Source of the DNA: Podarcis vaucheri | Lineage: Eukaryota | DNA: 64,000 bases | Assembly: GCA_965113315.1 (NCBI GenBank) | Contig: OZ220372.1 | Reading direction: 5' to 3' (one strand) | In this document: positions 52,363 through 64,000 of the stretch, in pieces | How the letters are laid out: each line of letters opens with the position of its first letter | How positions within the stretch are numbered: the stretch's first letter is position 1 | The notes under the pieces: generated by a model | Told to the model about the DNA's origin: nothing | Databases searched by the model: none | Seen by the model: the letters and a program-made list of their open reading frames with translations, nothing else | Program-made: the position numbers and the translations under genes

Positions 52363-53033
52363 CTGTCAAAAGACGGGGGGGGGGGGGAGATGTATTTTAT
52401 GCTAGCTTGGAAGGGCAAAGGTGTTACGCAGGCAGACAGTCCCTGTGATTTGCTCTACTCTGAGCTTTTAGTCTGCAGGAGCAGCCTAGAACTTGCCTTG
52501 CTGTTTCTTTTTAGTTCACACCTGAGCCAGTTACTTTAAATCTTCCTTTGTTACTTTTCAGAATGGTTAATTGTGCCTTAATCCTACAATAAATTACTAG
52601 CAATTCCTGTGGCAAGGCTGTCATTAACACTGTGCTCCTTGTGGCTGGGAGGGAAATATACTCGGTCACCTTGAAAGCCATCTGCTCGGCAACGGTGGAC
52701 GCTGGTATTCAGTGCCCAGCGACAGCTGTGGAGTGTGCCTAGCAAGTTAATCTCTATGAAGAATCTTGGAATATGGCCCTTGTCTCAAGTTCAAAGGTGT
52801 TTGAATCTAACACTTCAGTCTCTGCCTAGTATAATCATTGATCTCCACTGCACTACCAAGGAGGCGCTGCTGGTAGTCCCTTCATTGAGTACTTTCTAAG
52901 GTGGGGGGCAGAACACACAGTAAAGCCTTCTTGGTGGTGGCTTCCCATTTATGCAACTCCTTCCCACTGCATGTTTGGTTGTCTTCCACTTTCTGTTTAT
53001 TCATATGGCAGCTTAAAACATTATCTATTGTTA

Positions 53034-53391
53034 AAGGTAAAGGTAAAGGTACCCCTGCCCGAACGGGCCAGTCTTGACAGACTCTGGGGTTTGTGCGCCC
53101 ATCTCACATCTAGAGGCCGGGGGCCAGCGCTGTCCGGAGACACTTCTGGGTCACGTGGCCAGCGTGACAACGCTGCTCTGGCGAGCCAGAGCCGCACACG
53201 GAACGCCGTTTACCTTCCCGCTGGTAAGCGGTACCTATTTATCTACTTGCCCCCGGGGGTGCTTTCGAACTGCTAGGTTGGCAGGCGCTGGGACCAAGCA
53301 GCGGGAGCGCACCCCGCCGCGGGGATTCGAACCGCCGACCTTTCGATCGGCAAGCCCTAGGCGCTGAGGCTTTAGCCCACAGCGCCACCCG
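53034..53391 (-). mobile_element. Sauria SINE, young subfamily
   Basis: 9-bp TSD ctattgtta (53025-53033 / 53392-53400); CpGs intact. Confidence 0.94.
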
Positions 53392-55219
53392 CTATTGTTA
53401 CAGGCTTACAAAACATAGCAGCAGAAGCCTTGTTTGTTAAGCTCTACTGCGCTGCTGACTTTTAAATGTTGTTTAATGGTATTTTATGGTTATATTTTTG
53501 TTCAGTTTATTTTTAATAGCCATTTGCTGGGTGTGTTTATTTATTTTTTAATGTGCTGACAGCCATTCCAAGTTCTACATGAGGGGGAGCATGGTATCTA
53601 CAATCTATGTTGGAAAACTGCTTGTTCTCTATATAGTTGGACGCCTTAATATATCATAACCAAATTAAGCATGATCAAAGGCCAGGTTTTAACCTATGTT
53701 TGTATGCAGTTGGGCCTCATTTTGAATCAAGATGAAAAACCAAACCTTTCAAAGGTGCACTGTGTTAGTCACTGATTACAAAATGATGCCAATTTTTTGG
53801 GTTTCTGAGAACTTCCGAGCAATGCTGGGTATGAGGTTGTTAGTAACAAATATATTAATAATAAAATATCAAATGTACTCATGAATCTGCCTTTCTTCCT
53901 GAAGCCCCACCTCCCACAATGTGTCACCTTGGCAGAGATGGCAAGTTAGGTCTACTCCATTAACATATTTTCCTAATAGGAACAGGATTGTCCCTCCTCT
54001 ATGTTTTCAACAGAGCAAATTATTCAAGTTCATTAGAATTTGAGAAGGGAAGGGTAAGCCTGTCACTTGTTGATTTACCTCCATACAGATACTCACAGAT
54101 ATTTTGTTGATTTACAACCACGTAGTAGAACATAAAAGTGTTAATGTTAGTGACATTGGCTCACAAACACACAAAACTCTTCCCCAGGGAAAAATGTATC
54201 ATTGCTGGGCAAGCAAGTGGCTGTGCCTGCCTTCTTCTGTTTATGATATCTGAGTTCCTGCTCCCCAGTGCAGCTTCTTTGCATATTATGGACTTCCACT
54301 TGAAATCAGGAACTCTGGACCCCTTTACTGGGCCTGTTATATATGTTGTACTGCTACAATTTTGTATGAATCAGTTCTCCATGTTTTCACAACTGGAAGG
54401 TGCAAATAATTAAACTGCCTACTTGATAATGCTGCTGGAAGCCTCTTGGGTACCACAGGAATGAAGGCATGACACAAATGCTTCTGCTTCATACGATGGC
54501 AGGATTTTTCCTCTTAGAGCTCTAATGCACTAATCCCATGCATGTGTGTGATGCTTGCAAATCACATGGCTTGTATGCACAAGCCATTCTCCTTCTTCAT
54601 GTAGTCTTTATCTCGAACTGGGGAATTTTCAAGGTCAGCACAAGCAGCAGACTCCACCCAAGAAAAAGACGCAGAAACATGGTAGCATCTTCTGTGGTGT
54701 GTGTGCTTGTGTGTCTGTTTCCTGTGCTTCTTGTATTTGTGCTACAAAGCATTGAACCAGAAGTGAAGGAGGCTCACATGCAGATATTCTCTTACAAAAA
54801 TAGGGCCCAGATGTTTTATTAAACAGGCCCAGTGGCACAATTTTGTCTCTGTTAATGTGACTCATCTGACACTTCAATGCTATGAAGCGAAATCTCCCTT
54901 TTACCTGATTATTCCATTGTGATGCACTGGCTTTGGTACTCATTGCTACAACAGGGGTGGGAGTTAAAGACATTTCTACAACGCAAATCTGTATTGGATT
55001 TACTGGCATTGTCTCACCAAAATAATTCTGGAAGTTATCTTGCTGGGAACTCTGTAAATGACTCCTAACCTTTCAAAGAATTATAGTTCCCTAGGGAGAG
55101 GGAATGACTATTAAAACAAGTTTGTGGCTGCAGACACACTAACCCATTTGCTGCACAAAAATGTAGTTTTTCTCAGTCTGGAATGGTTCATGCTTATGCT
55201 CAATATGCTGCTTTCAACA

Positions 55220-55328
55220 CCTGGGATAGCTCAGTCAGTAGAGCATGAGACTCTTAATCTCAGGATTGTGGGGTCAGGCCCCATGTTAGGCAAAAGATTC
55301 TAGCATTGTAGGGGGTTGGACTAGATGG
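55220..55328 (+). mobile_element. tRNA-Lys(CTT)-headed SINE with CR1-like tail
   Basis: tagctcagtc.gtagagcatgagactcttaatctcagg head with a decayed B box, followed by cattg.agggggttggactagatg (CR1 3' end). Confidence 0.82.
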
Positions 55329-55834
55329 TGCTTTTCAGGGGCTAGAAATATGCAATACATGGTCCATATTGTGTGCGGACTACATAGAAAAAACAAGTAC
55401 TCGTTCTCCATTGATTTTAGAATAAAATGTAGTATATAAGTAGCCCGCCTGTAGATGTAGAAACAGGTGTGTCCTAAGTTTCATGGAACTGGAAATCCAT
55501 TGATGTCTCTCAATTCTACATTTTGGAATAACAGGACTATCTATATAGTGACTGCAACTTCTCCAGCTTGTGCTTCTAAAAGTTAGGACTGTCAACTGCT
55601 TCAGGACTGTTTTGAATATTTTCTTGTTTATTCACTATTATAGTCACATACCAGAATTCTAAAAAAGGCTTGTGCCAGTAACATCAAGCCCCACCAATTT
55701 AAATTTCCTCATACCTATTAACAAACACAAGCATTAGTTGATTAATACACTGATGTAAATGTACTAAAGCTTGCAGTTATAGTTTCTACTTCTAATGATA
55801 TTTCCCTCCAGAACTCCAAAATGTTTGTACTCAC

Positions 55835-55887
55835 ATGAGGAAGTCAGTTATCAGCCACTTTAGTGCTCCCAATAAGGCATAAACTGG
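55835..55887 (-). CDS. CACNA2D4: CACNA2D4 exon
   Basis: PVYALLGALKWLITDFL(I); 53 nt; ttttcaacag| and |gtgagt. Confidence 0.9.
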
Positions 55888-58800
55888 CTGTTGAAAAAGA
55901 AGAAAGCCAAAGAAGAGGAGTATTTTACAGAGCCCACAATTCCAGAAGCCAATCTACAAATTAGGAGGCAGATTCTAAGAAGCAGCAATATGCATACAAG
56001 TCAGCCTACTACCAATAATAATTCTGAACCTCATCTTCGGAAAGGTCGGAAAGCTTATCGAGAATTCGCATGAGTCTTTGAAGACATAATTACTTAACTG
56101 GCTCTCTTCAACCGTAATAGCCTAAATAGCTCGTAGAAAGAAAGAGCTAAAGCTATTTATGTGACTAAAACTTTAGAAAACATTTTTGTTCTAATGGTGG
56201 AAAATAGTGTTTCCACTTCAAACTGTACACAAAAGCAAAACACCACACAAACCTTGTTAGTAGGAGTGCCTAATGCAACAAGGCCTCTAGCATATAAACT
56301 GGTAGGTGCTACACAATGCAGAACAATTTTAATATCAGGGGATTTCTAGTCCTCATGATCATGCTGAAAATGTGGATAGTCTCATCTGAAGGATTTAGGC
56401 AACTCTGCTTTGGAGCAAAGGTATTATTTTTCTTTTGTGGGAATATGGCTTACGAGGTATATTTGTATATCTTAATTCTAATATCATTCTCAACTAAACC
56501 TAATAAGGTCAAAGGTTCAGTCTGTATTTTTTGTTCTCTCCATTAGTGCTTTCTTCTTATAAACAACAATGGTGACGTTTCCAAGGATTACTTTTTTGTT
56601 TCATTCTGTCAGGCGAGCTAGTTTCCAAACAGCAGGGAGAGGGAACCTGTGGCCCTCCAGATATTGGACTGGAGAAGACATGGGATTTTAGCTGTTATAT
56701 TTCCAGTTTCTTCTCATGATCATCATTCCAACTCCCCCCCCCTTTTAAAAATGTCTGCTCATCTCCAGCTCTCCTCATAATTTGTTTATTTATATGATTT
56801 ATGAGTTAATTTCCATGCTTTTGTACATGCTCAAAGCAACATTCAAAACATTTCTTAAAGCACCTCTCATTAAAGTTATATAAACAAACAGACATGATAG
56901 AGTGAGATTCATAAAACGATGAATGAATTAATGATGAAAGCTATTGGAGTGATATCCTTGTCTTTTGACAAAAAGGTACCAAAACATAATTTTAAAAGAA
57001 ACGATGAGTTACTCAACCAAATTAGGTATGCCTCATTTGCATAGTTTTATTGTAAAAACCTAATTTGAATGTTTTGGTTTTAGAATTTGGAGGGTTTTCT
57101 GTAGCGTTTTAAGATCCCTTTGGCCAAGTGCTTGTCAGTGCATGTCAGGTGGAGTGGCAAGATCAGAAGAGCAAGGATGGGCTAGATGAACCTTAGCAGG
57201 AACCAAGGTCAAGCATTTTGCTGCTCTAACCAGACACAAGCCTCACCAGGAAACTTTAATAAGTAGTAGGACCCCTCCAGATGGGTGGGTTTTTTTTGGG
57301 GGGGGGGCTATATTCTGTACTATGCCATTGACACAGTAAAACTGCATTAGTGGTGGGTTTATACTGGACATCTACACATCATTCTGCTTTATTACTTGTT
57401 CTCTAATGCTTCCCCAGAGTTACCAAACATTACTGCTATCTGGATGAGCATTCTTGCACTATAGTGCAGCAAAAGCGAGACCCTGGAACACTTGTACTGT
57501 ATTATAAAAAAGTTACAGCATTTCAATAGGAGACTATGGGACATGCACCAACAGGGAATGAAGCAGTATGTCCATCCCAAAACTTTTACCACAAACAGTA
57601 TTGTAAATGGTATTGTGCATATCACCACCCCAATACAATGAGAAGCAGAAATAATTCTGGATGCACAATAAAAAAGATGTCTGAAGAAGCCTTTAGGCTT
57701 TGCCATATGATCAATTCTGACATTTTGATGTTTAAGAAAGGCTTGCCTTTATTGGGTTTCTTAGTTTTACTTGCTGGTGACAAGCTAAACCACTGCCTAC
57801 CATATTCAAGGTGCCAGGTTCAGGACCTGTGGTGAGCTTATATTGTTTTTATTCAGAGTTGAAAAAGCACTACATTTTCACATATCTACCCATCTCTCCT
57901 TCAAAGGACAAGGCTAAATCTCCTAAAGGACTAGAGCTAACATGGGTGATAAAAAGCCTTTTGATTTGCAGTACCAGTCCAACTGTAATTAGTGAGTGTT
58001 TCCCTATTTAGTTAATACAAATTTAATTATGTAATGCCAGATACAACTACTTAGTTAATCCAACTCTGACAAACAAATCCTATTCTGATCAATTAAAGGT
58101 GCCACAACCTGAAACTTTCCTGGCACAGAACCAGTAGACAGCAACAATTTCATGTAGCCAAAATTGGCCCCAGAGTGCTCCAATGCAGGATTAATTCAGA
58201 GTTAATTTTGATTACTGGTGAAAGATGCAGCAGGCATAAATTGAGATGGGGGGAAAAAGAAAAGGAAGGAAAAGTTCAGCAACTTTCCATCCCTAGAATG
58301 CATTGTCTCTGGTATCTTCCATCTTTTCCAAATTAATACACATGCACTGCTATTTGGTCAATACATGTAGCATGAAACAGATCCCAGGATCAATTGCAGA
58401 ATGATGGGTCAATTTTCACCTGTGCCTTTCTCCATTGAATTTTGGAATTGTTTTGCTTGGTCTGCTGACTCCAGCTAAATGCATGTGTGAAACAGAGTGG
58501 AAATTACTTACTTTGGGAAAGGAAAATTGGAGACGGCTAATTGGTTGCTGGATCAGAAATATATTCTCACTATGCAAGTCCCACATTTTTCTGAGCACAT
58601 AGGCTGTAGGTGAAGGACAAAAAGTGGCAATGGGAATCTACTGTTTCCCTGTGGTGTCCAGCTCTTTTGTGAAACCTTGGGTGTCCCTTCTCACAGAACA
58701 GAAGCACTCTGGACTTGGGTGTTTTAAAAAATGACCACCAAAAGGGTTTTAATCATCATCTTTGTTGCGACACCAGCAAAAAGGTTTTTCACTAACCAGG

Positions 58801-59235
58801 AAATCTCCTGTCCTGTAATAAACAATTAAAATCCCCTTCCCAGTCTGCCTTCACTGGCGTCATCAGATGAGTGACGTAATTGTGTCCAGCCCCCACAATC
58901 AGAGTACATGGAGAAGAGGACATGAGGGCAGACGTGCCTTGGCTTCTTCTTCTGTCCTTGCATAGTCCTCAAATAAGAGCACAGGAAAAGCAATCAGGCT
59001 TGTAGCAAAGACAAGGATGATAAGCATGATTCCGCCCTCAGTGTAATCAGCAGTGGAAGCAAAGACACTTCTGCCTTCACACCGCTCTCTCCTGCACCCC
59101 ATGCCTGGCAATGATGGCGAGGCATGGGATGGTCTCACCCTGGAGCAGAATGACTTAAAGAACTGGACCAATGCTGTTCTAAAATATTTTATTCCGTGTT
59201 TTATGTATTATGTAGAAACGCTTACAGATACTTAC

Positions 59236-59311
59236 ACTGAGAAGAGGGCGCGCACCGCTATGGTGGTGGTGGGGCATTTTACACATGGCTTGGTAATCGT
59301 ACATTTTCACC
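59236..59311 (-). CDS. CACNA2D4: CACNA2D4 exon
   Basis: [25 protein letters not shown] (YDYQAMC motif); 76 nt. Confidence 0.95.
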
Positions 59312-59339
59312 CTGCAAAAAAAACATAAAAAGCTGACAA

Positions 59340-59570
59340 GCGGGCCCATGTGTTCAACACACCAGCTTAGCTCAAGAGTCCACCAGTCTGCCTAGCCCAC
59401 TACTATGCACTCTGACTGTACAGTGGTGCAACGGAACACTGTGGCGCCAGAAGCGGTTTAGTCATGCTAGCCACATGACTTGGAAATGCAAGCTCCTTCG
59501 GTCTGAAGCGAGATGAGCACCACAGTCGCCTTTGTCTGGACTTAACTGTCCAGGGGTCCTTTACCTTTTT
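59340..59570 (+). mobile_element. Degenerate Sauria SINE 3' part
   Basis: cagaagcggtttagtcatgct.gccacatgac...gagatgagcac...ggggtcctttaccttt. Confidence 0.75.
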
Positions 59571-60978
59571 AAATTCTGGTTGAAGGTGACTTTCAAAGGT
59601 CTAGCTGTAGTTTTGCCCAGGTCTGCTATGCAAGATTTTTAGTGGACATGCTAGGAACTGCACCTGAGATTTTCTGCATGCAAAACATGTGCTCTGTCAC
59701 ATGCCCTTTGCTCAACATAGCTGCAGACACATTCATTTGTCCTGCATGAATTCTAGCCTGGATCTGTCTTCACACAGGGAACAGCCATATATCCTCATCC
59801 TAATAATTTAGTTTAGTTTGTGCTTAGCATTGGATGTTTCACAACAAGATCTACTCCCATACAGTGTTTGATTGACTATGTGGTATCTGACAAAGAAACT
59901 TCTTACTGATGTCACAATATGCCCCTACCCTATGAAAACTTTGTATGTGATTTACTCGAATTACCTCAGCTGCTATTTTTACTCACACCAAGGTCCTGAA
60001 AGCTGCTTCTGGACAGCTTAGTGCTCTTCCAGACACATCTGGCTGTGCTCTCAGATTTCTTTATGCCATTTGTGTCTGACTCTGCATCCCTCTGTATGCT
60101 ACATCAGCAACATGGGAACTGCTTCGGAACACATGGACATAGGAAACTCCTTTACACCATGTCAGATCATTTTGCTCATCATTGTCTGCACTGACTGGCA
60201 ACAGCTCTCCAGAGTTTTACACATAAGTTTTCACCAGAGAAGCCAGGGGTTTAACCTAGAACCTTTGCTTATGAAACATGTGCTCTACCGATGAGCTGCA
60301 GATAATGTTTGAAAGCCTGTGCCCTGTACTATGCTGTACAGGGAAACATCGGATGGGAATAGCAAACACAGTTAGCTTTGCTCACATGGTTCTGGGCTCC
60401 CATGCTGTTCTGGCAACATGTAAGGGCCTCCAAGTCAGGAACATAAACAGCCTAGATGAAGCCACATGAAATTGTATTGCTACACAGTAATGTAATGTTA
60501 CTTCTGACATTTAAAAAAGGATATGTGCCTGTATTTTGTGTATTTATTTGTTTGTTTGTCATCTTTCAACATGTATTCTTAGAACATAAGCAGGGAAATG
60601 AAAATAGGTAACATTTTGCATTCGTTCACGTTGTGCACAAACTGTGTGACAGTGGATATAATCAGGAGTGAATCCTGTTACTGCAGCAATGCTTTTTTTG
60701 GCTGCTGCAATCATAGAATCAGTACTGGCTGCACCCATTATTATACAGTTCACACATTACATTTGCCTATATGAGCATGTATCTGGAGATACTTGAATCT
60801 TTCTATGGATAACAAATGTGAACAAGTCCTAACAACTGAGGCAATATTCCACACCCGACTGTCTTCATTCTCTTTTTTAATGTTTAGCTGTGATAATTCT
60901 CAATGGGGATAAGGCATTTTGCTTCAACCAGGCTCTTCTCTGAAAGGAAATCAATACAGAGGAGATAGTAATACTTAC

Positions 60979-61049
60979 TGTTTGAACATTCCCATGCTTA
61001 TAAGCTGGGTCATAACAGAGCCATCCACTTCTCCCAAAAATTTGCTGGT
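60979..61049 (-). CDS. CACNA2D4: CACNA2D4 exon
   Basis: TSKFLGEVDGSVMTQLISMGMFK(Q); 71 nt. Confidence 0.95.
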
Positions 61050-62009
61050 CTGCAAGCACAGGGAGATAAAGAGAGAAAAAAGCAGAAACGATAGATAAAC
61101 CTCCTCAGCTTTTTATCAGTCCAGCTAATCCATCCCCACTACAAGTTTGAAATCCTATACTTAATATTGCCACTATCATAAAACAAGCCCTTTAAGCAGA
61201 CGGTGCTCTGCTATGTCCTCAGGCTGTTTAGCAAAGAGGGGTTTAGAGAAGTGTGTGGTGCCATGGTCAATAAAAATGAAATGCAAATTTTAGCTCAGCC
61301 ATGCACTTACCAGGTGGCCTTAGACAAGTCATCATTTCTCAGCTTATCATATAAACTATGGGGATAGTAATACAGTACAGGCGTACTATATGGTATGTTG
61401 TTGTAAGGAGGAAGCAGTGCCCACTATCCATGAAGACAGTGGGTTCCGATGAGATCTCGCAAGGTTTTGTTGAGATCTCTTTGGAAGCTGCCACTGCTGC
61501 TTCTCCGCCACTGGCAGTGGTGGCAGGGTGAGCACGGTGCCTGCAATGGGTGCCACCTCTTGGACTTCTGCCGCCTTAGGCAGCTGCCTCAACCCACCTC
61601 ATGGGCAAGCCGGCCCTGGCTGGAATGTAGCCTATTGTGCAAGAGTCACTTTCATTGCTGCACCCACTATAACCTCTAGGCCTGTCCAATGCTGGCATGC
61701 AGCCTCTAGAAAGTTGACCATGAGGTAATGTGGCCTGGCTTAAAAGAAGATAAAACTCAACCCTGAGTTCCTTATTGGAAAGGCAGGGTGCAATTATAGT
61801 TAATAAATATAATTATCTTGGGAGATTCACAAATTTGCACGAAGGCTAAAAAGTGATTAGTGCACGTATTCACTGTTCTTTTGGGGGAAAACCTGAAGTC
61901 CCCTTGCTTAAGTCTTAACAAAAGAAATCTGCAGACTTGTCCAATTTGCTCCTCCCTGCCCCCCAGCTCTATAAAAAGGCTTTATAAGAAAGCACAGAAA
62001 ACATCTTAC

Positions 62010-62072
62010 CTGTTTGAAGGCTTTGGAAACGAGTATGAATCCATTATTATCAATGAGAAAGCAGTTCAGATT
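62010..62072 (-). CDS. CACNA2D4: CACNA2D4 exon (gene continues beyond window)
   Basis: NLNCFLIDNNGFILVSKAFKQ; 63 nt, phase 0-0. Confidence 0.95.
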
Positions 62073-63132
62073 CTGAAGAGAAAAAAAGAAGGAAGAAGGA
62101 ATTTCAGCTATAGAGAAGACAATATTGCCTAGTATGAAAGCTTCTGCCTTACCCTGTGAGCTGCTATGATTCTGCTCCCACAGTTCTAGTGGTCTTATGT
62201 AAGGCATTACCGTTAACTCTGCCTCCGGTTTGCTCCCACCACTGGCTTTTGAATCCATGTACACACAATGTTACCCACAACAGAGAGCTAACCGCTTAGA
62301 GATTTCTAAACTTAATTTTATTGTTTTACAATCAAGCAGTATATAAATTTTGTTAAATAAATCAGATAAATCCTGTAGTTTCCTGAGAAATACGACTGTT
62401 TGATGTGTTTCCCCATAGACTGCCATTAATCTGAAAGGAAACTTACGCCACATTCGTTTTGCAATTAAGTTGAGCTGTGTACACTTGAGACATCTATTAT
62501 TATTATTTATTAAATTTGCATATCATTATATACCCATAGATCTCAGGGGAATTACAATATAAAAAGCACAAAATACATAACAAAAACTAAAAGCAGCCCA
62601 ATAATCTCCCCCTATTGCACATGCACAGATGAGTTTCATGAATAGGAGCTTGGGGAAGTGCTATAGGGGCAGGTCTTCACGCTGGGTGAAGACATCCCTG
62701 TCCCCTCTGTGGTGTGTACAACAATCAGCAAATGTGACTTGACATGTAGTGTGTGTGGGTGTGGGCCTGGGGAATGTCCTTGCTGTGTTTTAAGCTGCTA
62801 ATGTGTACATCACCTAAGACTCTCTGATGTTTTGTTATTTCTGTGCTTGCTTACAAGTTTCCTGAATTTGATATCAGAGTACTGGTTGTACTTTTGCACT
62901 ACTATTGTAGGCTTACACTCCATACTGTTTCCCCCCAAAAGTAAAGCATATTTGGGGGCTCATGCGAGGCTATCCCAGAATCCTGTTCCATTTGGCTTCA
63001 TAGAGCTCATGCAGTTCTGTCTAGACTCTGTAGCATTCTTTGTAGCATCTTTGGGGCAAAGTAAACACAGCGGTGTACTGCAAGGTACAAGTCCGGTAAC
63101 TCATTAAAAAAGCAACTGCAGGCTAGAGAAAT

Positions 63133-63270
63133 GAAGTAGATGTTTTTCTGGAACTCTCTAGCTTTCTCCATAGTCCAGCACATGTTTGCAGTTTGGTCTC
63201 AGGTTCCTCTGCCCCTTCGAAATCCAGCTTGCACTTCTGGGAGTTCTTGGTCCACATACAGCTTAAGCCT
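63133..63270 (-). mobile_element. BovB/RTE LINE internal RT fragment
   Basis: Translates on - to RLKLYVDQELPEVQAGFRRGRGT*DQTANMCWTMEKAREFQKNIYF, a recognisable RTE-BovB RT segment with one stop. Confidence 0.88.
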
Positions 63271-63822
63271 GAATGAACACTATATTCACATGTTTATCTT
63301 CATAATTAGTCATAGCTGTGGTTCTCACAATGTTTTCATAACAATTAATTAAAGCTAATGACACTCTCAATACACAACTGATATTTGGGAATAATTTGGG
63401 GTACTGCAATTCTGTAAGCTTTCTAAATGGATTCTAGAATTATTATGAAAGTCTAAGTCCTTCCAGTCCACATAAAACCCTCAAGAGGTTTTCACATGCC
63501 ATTTTTCAGAGCCACATTGTCTTATCAGAAACTTCAAAGATGGATTTTTAAGGCTTCGTGCCTTGAGTGCTGGACTGTAACTGAGGAAACAAGAGGTTCA
63601 GATCCTTGTTTAGCTGTGAAGTTTGCTAGGTAACCCTGGGTCAGTTTCCCACCCCACCCCTCATTCTAACATACCATGGAGACTAAAAGAGAATGAACCA
63701 TATGCACCTTTGCATTTCTTGAGGAAAGGATGGGCTAAGAATGCAATAAAAACCAATGCATTTTCTTTTTCTCACATTTTAAACAGCTCTGAGAGGTTAG
63801 GCTGATTAGTGGCCAGTTAATA

Positions 63823-64000
63823 CCATGTTTTTTGTCCCATAGGATGCTCCGTCCCATAGGACGCATCTAGTTTTTTTGGGGGGAAATAAAGGAAAAAAAT
63901 TTCCCTTTATTTCCCCCCCCCCCAAAAAGCAGGTCGGGGAAACCGAACCAGGTCGAGGAACAGCGGGATGGCGGCGCTGCGCCTCCCTGCTGTCCCCCGA
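63823..64000. mobile_element. pogo/Tigger-like MITE, sister of 20461-21216, inverted, runs off window
   Basis: Similar to the reverse complement of ~21060-21216, preceded by TA. Confidence 0.78.

Noticed and set aside
55220-55292. tRNA-Lys(CTT) gene
   Set aside because: T-loop/B box and acceptor stem are decayed and a CR1-like tail follows, so it is a SINE head.
62073-64000. LRTM2 (nested in CACNA2D4 in mammals) or the next upstream CACNA2D4 exon
   Set aside because: No LRR-coding sequence or matching exon seen; these are expected beyond the window end.

Overview
Vertebrate (squamate, most likely lacertid lizard, judged from Sauria-type SINEs, a BovB fragment and a tRNA-Lys/CR1-tailed SINE) genomic DNA. 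It holds the complete ADIPOR2 gene on + (CpG-island promoter ~1870-2780, non-coding exon 1 ending 2449, seven coding exons 15254-34018 giving 382 aa, poly(A) signal 36469). Convergent to it on - are the last ten exons of CACNA2D4 (62072 down to 38520, 249 C-terminal aa). Introns carry SINEs, LINE fragments and TA- or 8-bp-TSD MITEs. Most notable observations: (1) a 21-nt CACNA2D4 microexon near the alpha2/delta junction, preceded by a 185-nt AG-free zone with 17 YCAY motifs and UGC motifs; (2) a TSD-flanked L1-like 3' end fused to an inverted U2 snRNA 5' fragment; (3) an AT-AC (U12) intron whose read-through encodes a hydrophobic tail; (4) a candidate spliced transcript running head-to-head with ADIPOR2; (5) a cluster of recursive-splice-like AG|GT junctions in ADIPOR2 intron 1. 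No CRISPR or prokaryotic system is present. All family assignments come from recall of sequences, not database searches.
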